From IMG/VR virus record IMGVR_UViG_3300044637_002122: a stretch of DNA of 64,000 nt, one strand, 5' to 3'. Both the position numbers and the translations under genes were made by a program. This stretch comes from an uncultured virus (IMG/VR IMGVR_UViG_3300044637_002122) (lineage: Duplodnaviria; Heunggongvirae; Uroviricota; Caudoviricetes). Shown in pieces: positions 62,736 through 64,000 of this stretch; the first letter of the stretch is position 1; every line of letters begins with the position of its first letter. The notes below the pieces were generated by a model. That model saw nothing but the letters and a program-made list of their open reading frames with translations. It searched no databases and had not been told where the DNA came from.

Positions 62736-63133
62736 CTCGCAGGCGCTCCAGCAACGACGGATGCCTGAGCCCGCAGCGCAGCATCCTCGGCATCAGTCCA
62801 GGGCTGCGGCGCAGCCTGTTGGCCAGCTTGCCGCCGACACCAAGGCCTGAGAAGACCCCCAAGAAGCCGGACGGTCGTCGCGGCGCCCCGCGCATCAAGG
62901 AGCCGGACGAGGTGGTGCTGGAGGTGCGCCGCCTATGGGAGCAGGGCGGCCTGTCTCTGATGCAGATCAAGATCCACCTCTCCGCGCTTGGCGTGGAGAT
63001 CGACCGAGAGCGGATCCGCAATCTGTGCAACTACACTACGCGCTCGCACCTGGTCCCGCAGGCTGGTGCGTCGGCCTACTTCCCAACCCAGCAGGAGAAC
63101 CCATGCACGACCTCAACACCATCAACCGGCTGA
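62732..63133 (+). CDS. Hypothetical protein with HTH-like segment
   Basis: GGAGG SD and GTG; PDEVVLEVRRLWEQGGLS..I. Confidence 0.5.
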   Translation: MTRRRSSNDGCLSPQRSILGISPGLRRSLLASLPPTPRPEKTPKKPDGRRGAPRIKEPDEVVLEVRRLWEQGGLSLMQIKIHLSALGVEIDRERIRNLCNYTTRSHLVPQAGASAYFPTQQENPCTTSTPSTG

Positions 63134-63327
63134 ACAGAGAGCACTGGGCGGCCAACGCCGCAGCAGCCGCCAAGGCCGCCGGCCAGCACTTCATCGCCAA
63201 GTACGACGGGCTTCACCTCGTCGACGGCGAGGCGGTCGCCGGCGCCGAAGCGGCTGCCGCGCGCCGAGACGACCTGGCCAAGGCGGCGATGATCGGCGAG
63301 ACCTTCAAGGTGATCGCGCCGCACTGA
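63103..63327 (+). CDS. Hypothetical early protein
   Basis: CAGGAG SD before MHDLNTINRLN. Confidence 0.6.
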   Translation: MHDLNTINRLNREHWAANAAAAAKAAGQHFIAKYDGLHLVDGEAVAGAEAAAARRDDLAKAAMIGETFKVIAPH

Positions 63328-63820
63328 ACGCGGCGATCCGCTCGAGCGCCCACCTGGCCGCCTCTCGGTCTCTCGACCTGGCCAGGATGTCGGCGGCGAG
63401 AGCCTCCAGCGCGGCGACCTGCCGCCCGAAAGCCGCCTCATGGGCGGCTTCTTTCTGCGCGGCCGATGCGGAGCCGGAGTCGAGCCACGCATGGCACGAC
63501 CAGCACGCCCAGACGGCGCCGACGGCGTCGCTGGCCTTCAGGGCCCCGCCCTTGCCGTGGATGGACCTGTTGCTGTGCGCCAGGACCGTCGTGGCCGGAT
63601 CGGCGCAGCAGACGCCCGGCAGGGCCATCATGCATGGCCGGCCGCGGGCCAGGTCGCGGTACGCCTGGCTGCGGTCCACGCCGGCCTTGGGCACCGGCCG
63701 AGGCGGCGTGATGAGTGCTGCCGACGCCTGCGCCGGCGCGCGCGGCCGCGGCGTGTAGTCGATCTGCTTGGCCTCGCGGCGCGGCGGGGCCTTGGGCTTG
63801 AGGCCAGAGCGCCTCAGCAT
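63305..63820 (-). CDS. DUF1364/YbcO-like putative nuclease (nin-region type)
   Basis: ARGRPC..LPGVC..DP.TTVLAH.N..GKG..LK.SD..WAC..CH.WLD. Confidence 0.8.
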   Translation of the reverse strand: MLRRSGLKPKAPPRREAKQIDYTPRPRAPAQASAALITPPRPVPKAGVDRSQAYRDLARGRPCMMALPGVCCADPATTVLAHSNRSIHGKGGALKASDAVGAVWACWSCHAWLDSGSASAAQKEAAHEAAFGRQVAALEALAADILARSRDREAARWALERIAAFSAARSP

Positions 63821-64000
63821 CTCAATCCGAGGTAGTTTTGGATGGCTTCCGCGGCCCTCGTCCAGTCGTCAAACCACTCTGCGCGATGACCGGCAAGCCG
63901 CATCGCCTCAAGCCAAGCCCGCTGCTTGGCGCTGGGCTTCTCTCCTGGGGCCTTCATTTCTAGCCAGAATGATCCGAAGCCTTGGCGGCGAAGCGGCAGC
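63814..64000 (-). CDS. VRR-NUC nuclease, C-terminal part (runs off right edge)
   Basis: Manual translation ..GFGSFWLEMKAPGEKPSAKQRAWLEAMRLAGHRAEWFDDWTRAAEAIQNYLGLRC. Confidence 0.75.
   Translation of the reverse strand, partial: LPLRRQGFGSFWLEMKAPGEKPSAKQRAWLEAMRLAGHRAEWFDDWTRAAEAIQNYLGLRC

Noticed and set aside
1..64000. Prophage boundaries, att sites or integrase
   Set aside because: No integrase or host genes in the window, so free phage and prophage cannot be distinguished.

Overview
A GC-rich tailed-phage or prophage segment with podovirus-like gene content; the host is probably a betaproteobacterium (inference from gene style only). No integrase or host housekeeping gene is visible. 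The minus strand (about 55.9 kb to the left edge) is the late region. It carries holin-like genes and an NlpC/P60 endolysin, TerS, accessory genes, an intein-containing TerL, Rz/Rz1, and a small hydrolase cluster. Next come a ~12 kb block of Ig/propeller/adhesin-like genes, portal, scaffold, a free-standing HNH-AP2 endonuclease, an N4-gp56-type major capsid protein, adaptor/tail genes and a tail fibre. It ends with a desaturase/2OG-oxygenase/GNAT group, ejection proteins and two giant 'polyvalent' virion proteins (3389 aa and >1265 aa). The plus strand (56-63.3 kb) is an early accessory operon with four copies of a promoter-like motif, a tRNA-like RNA and rtcB. The most unusual signals are: (1) effector domains of the two giant proteins (ART, ParB-like, GNAT and others) are delimited by a recurring S-x-[E/A/V]-R junction motif, next to an in-cis HExxH zincin; (2) two SD-equipped genes, one an HNH homing endonuclease, are nested in the +1 frame of the giant ORF without interrupting it; (3) the only two cysteines seen in ~4650 aa face each other across an in-frame TAA-TCC-ATG junction; (4) a tRNA-like RNA has swapped tertiary pairs; (5) a Tat-signal protein carries a capsid-protein fragment. 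All family assignments are by motif recognition; no searches were run.
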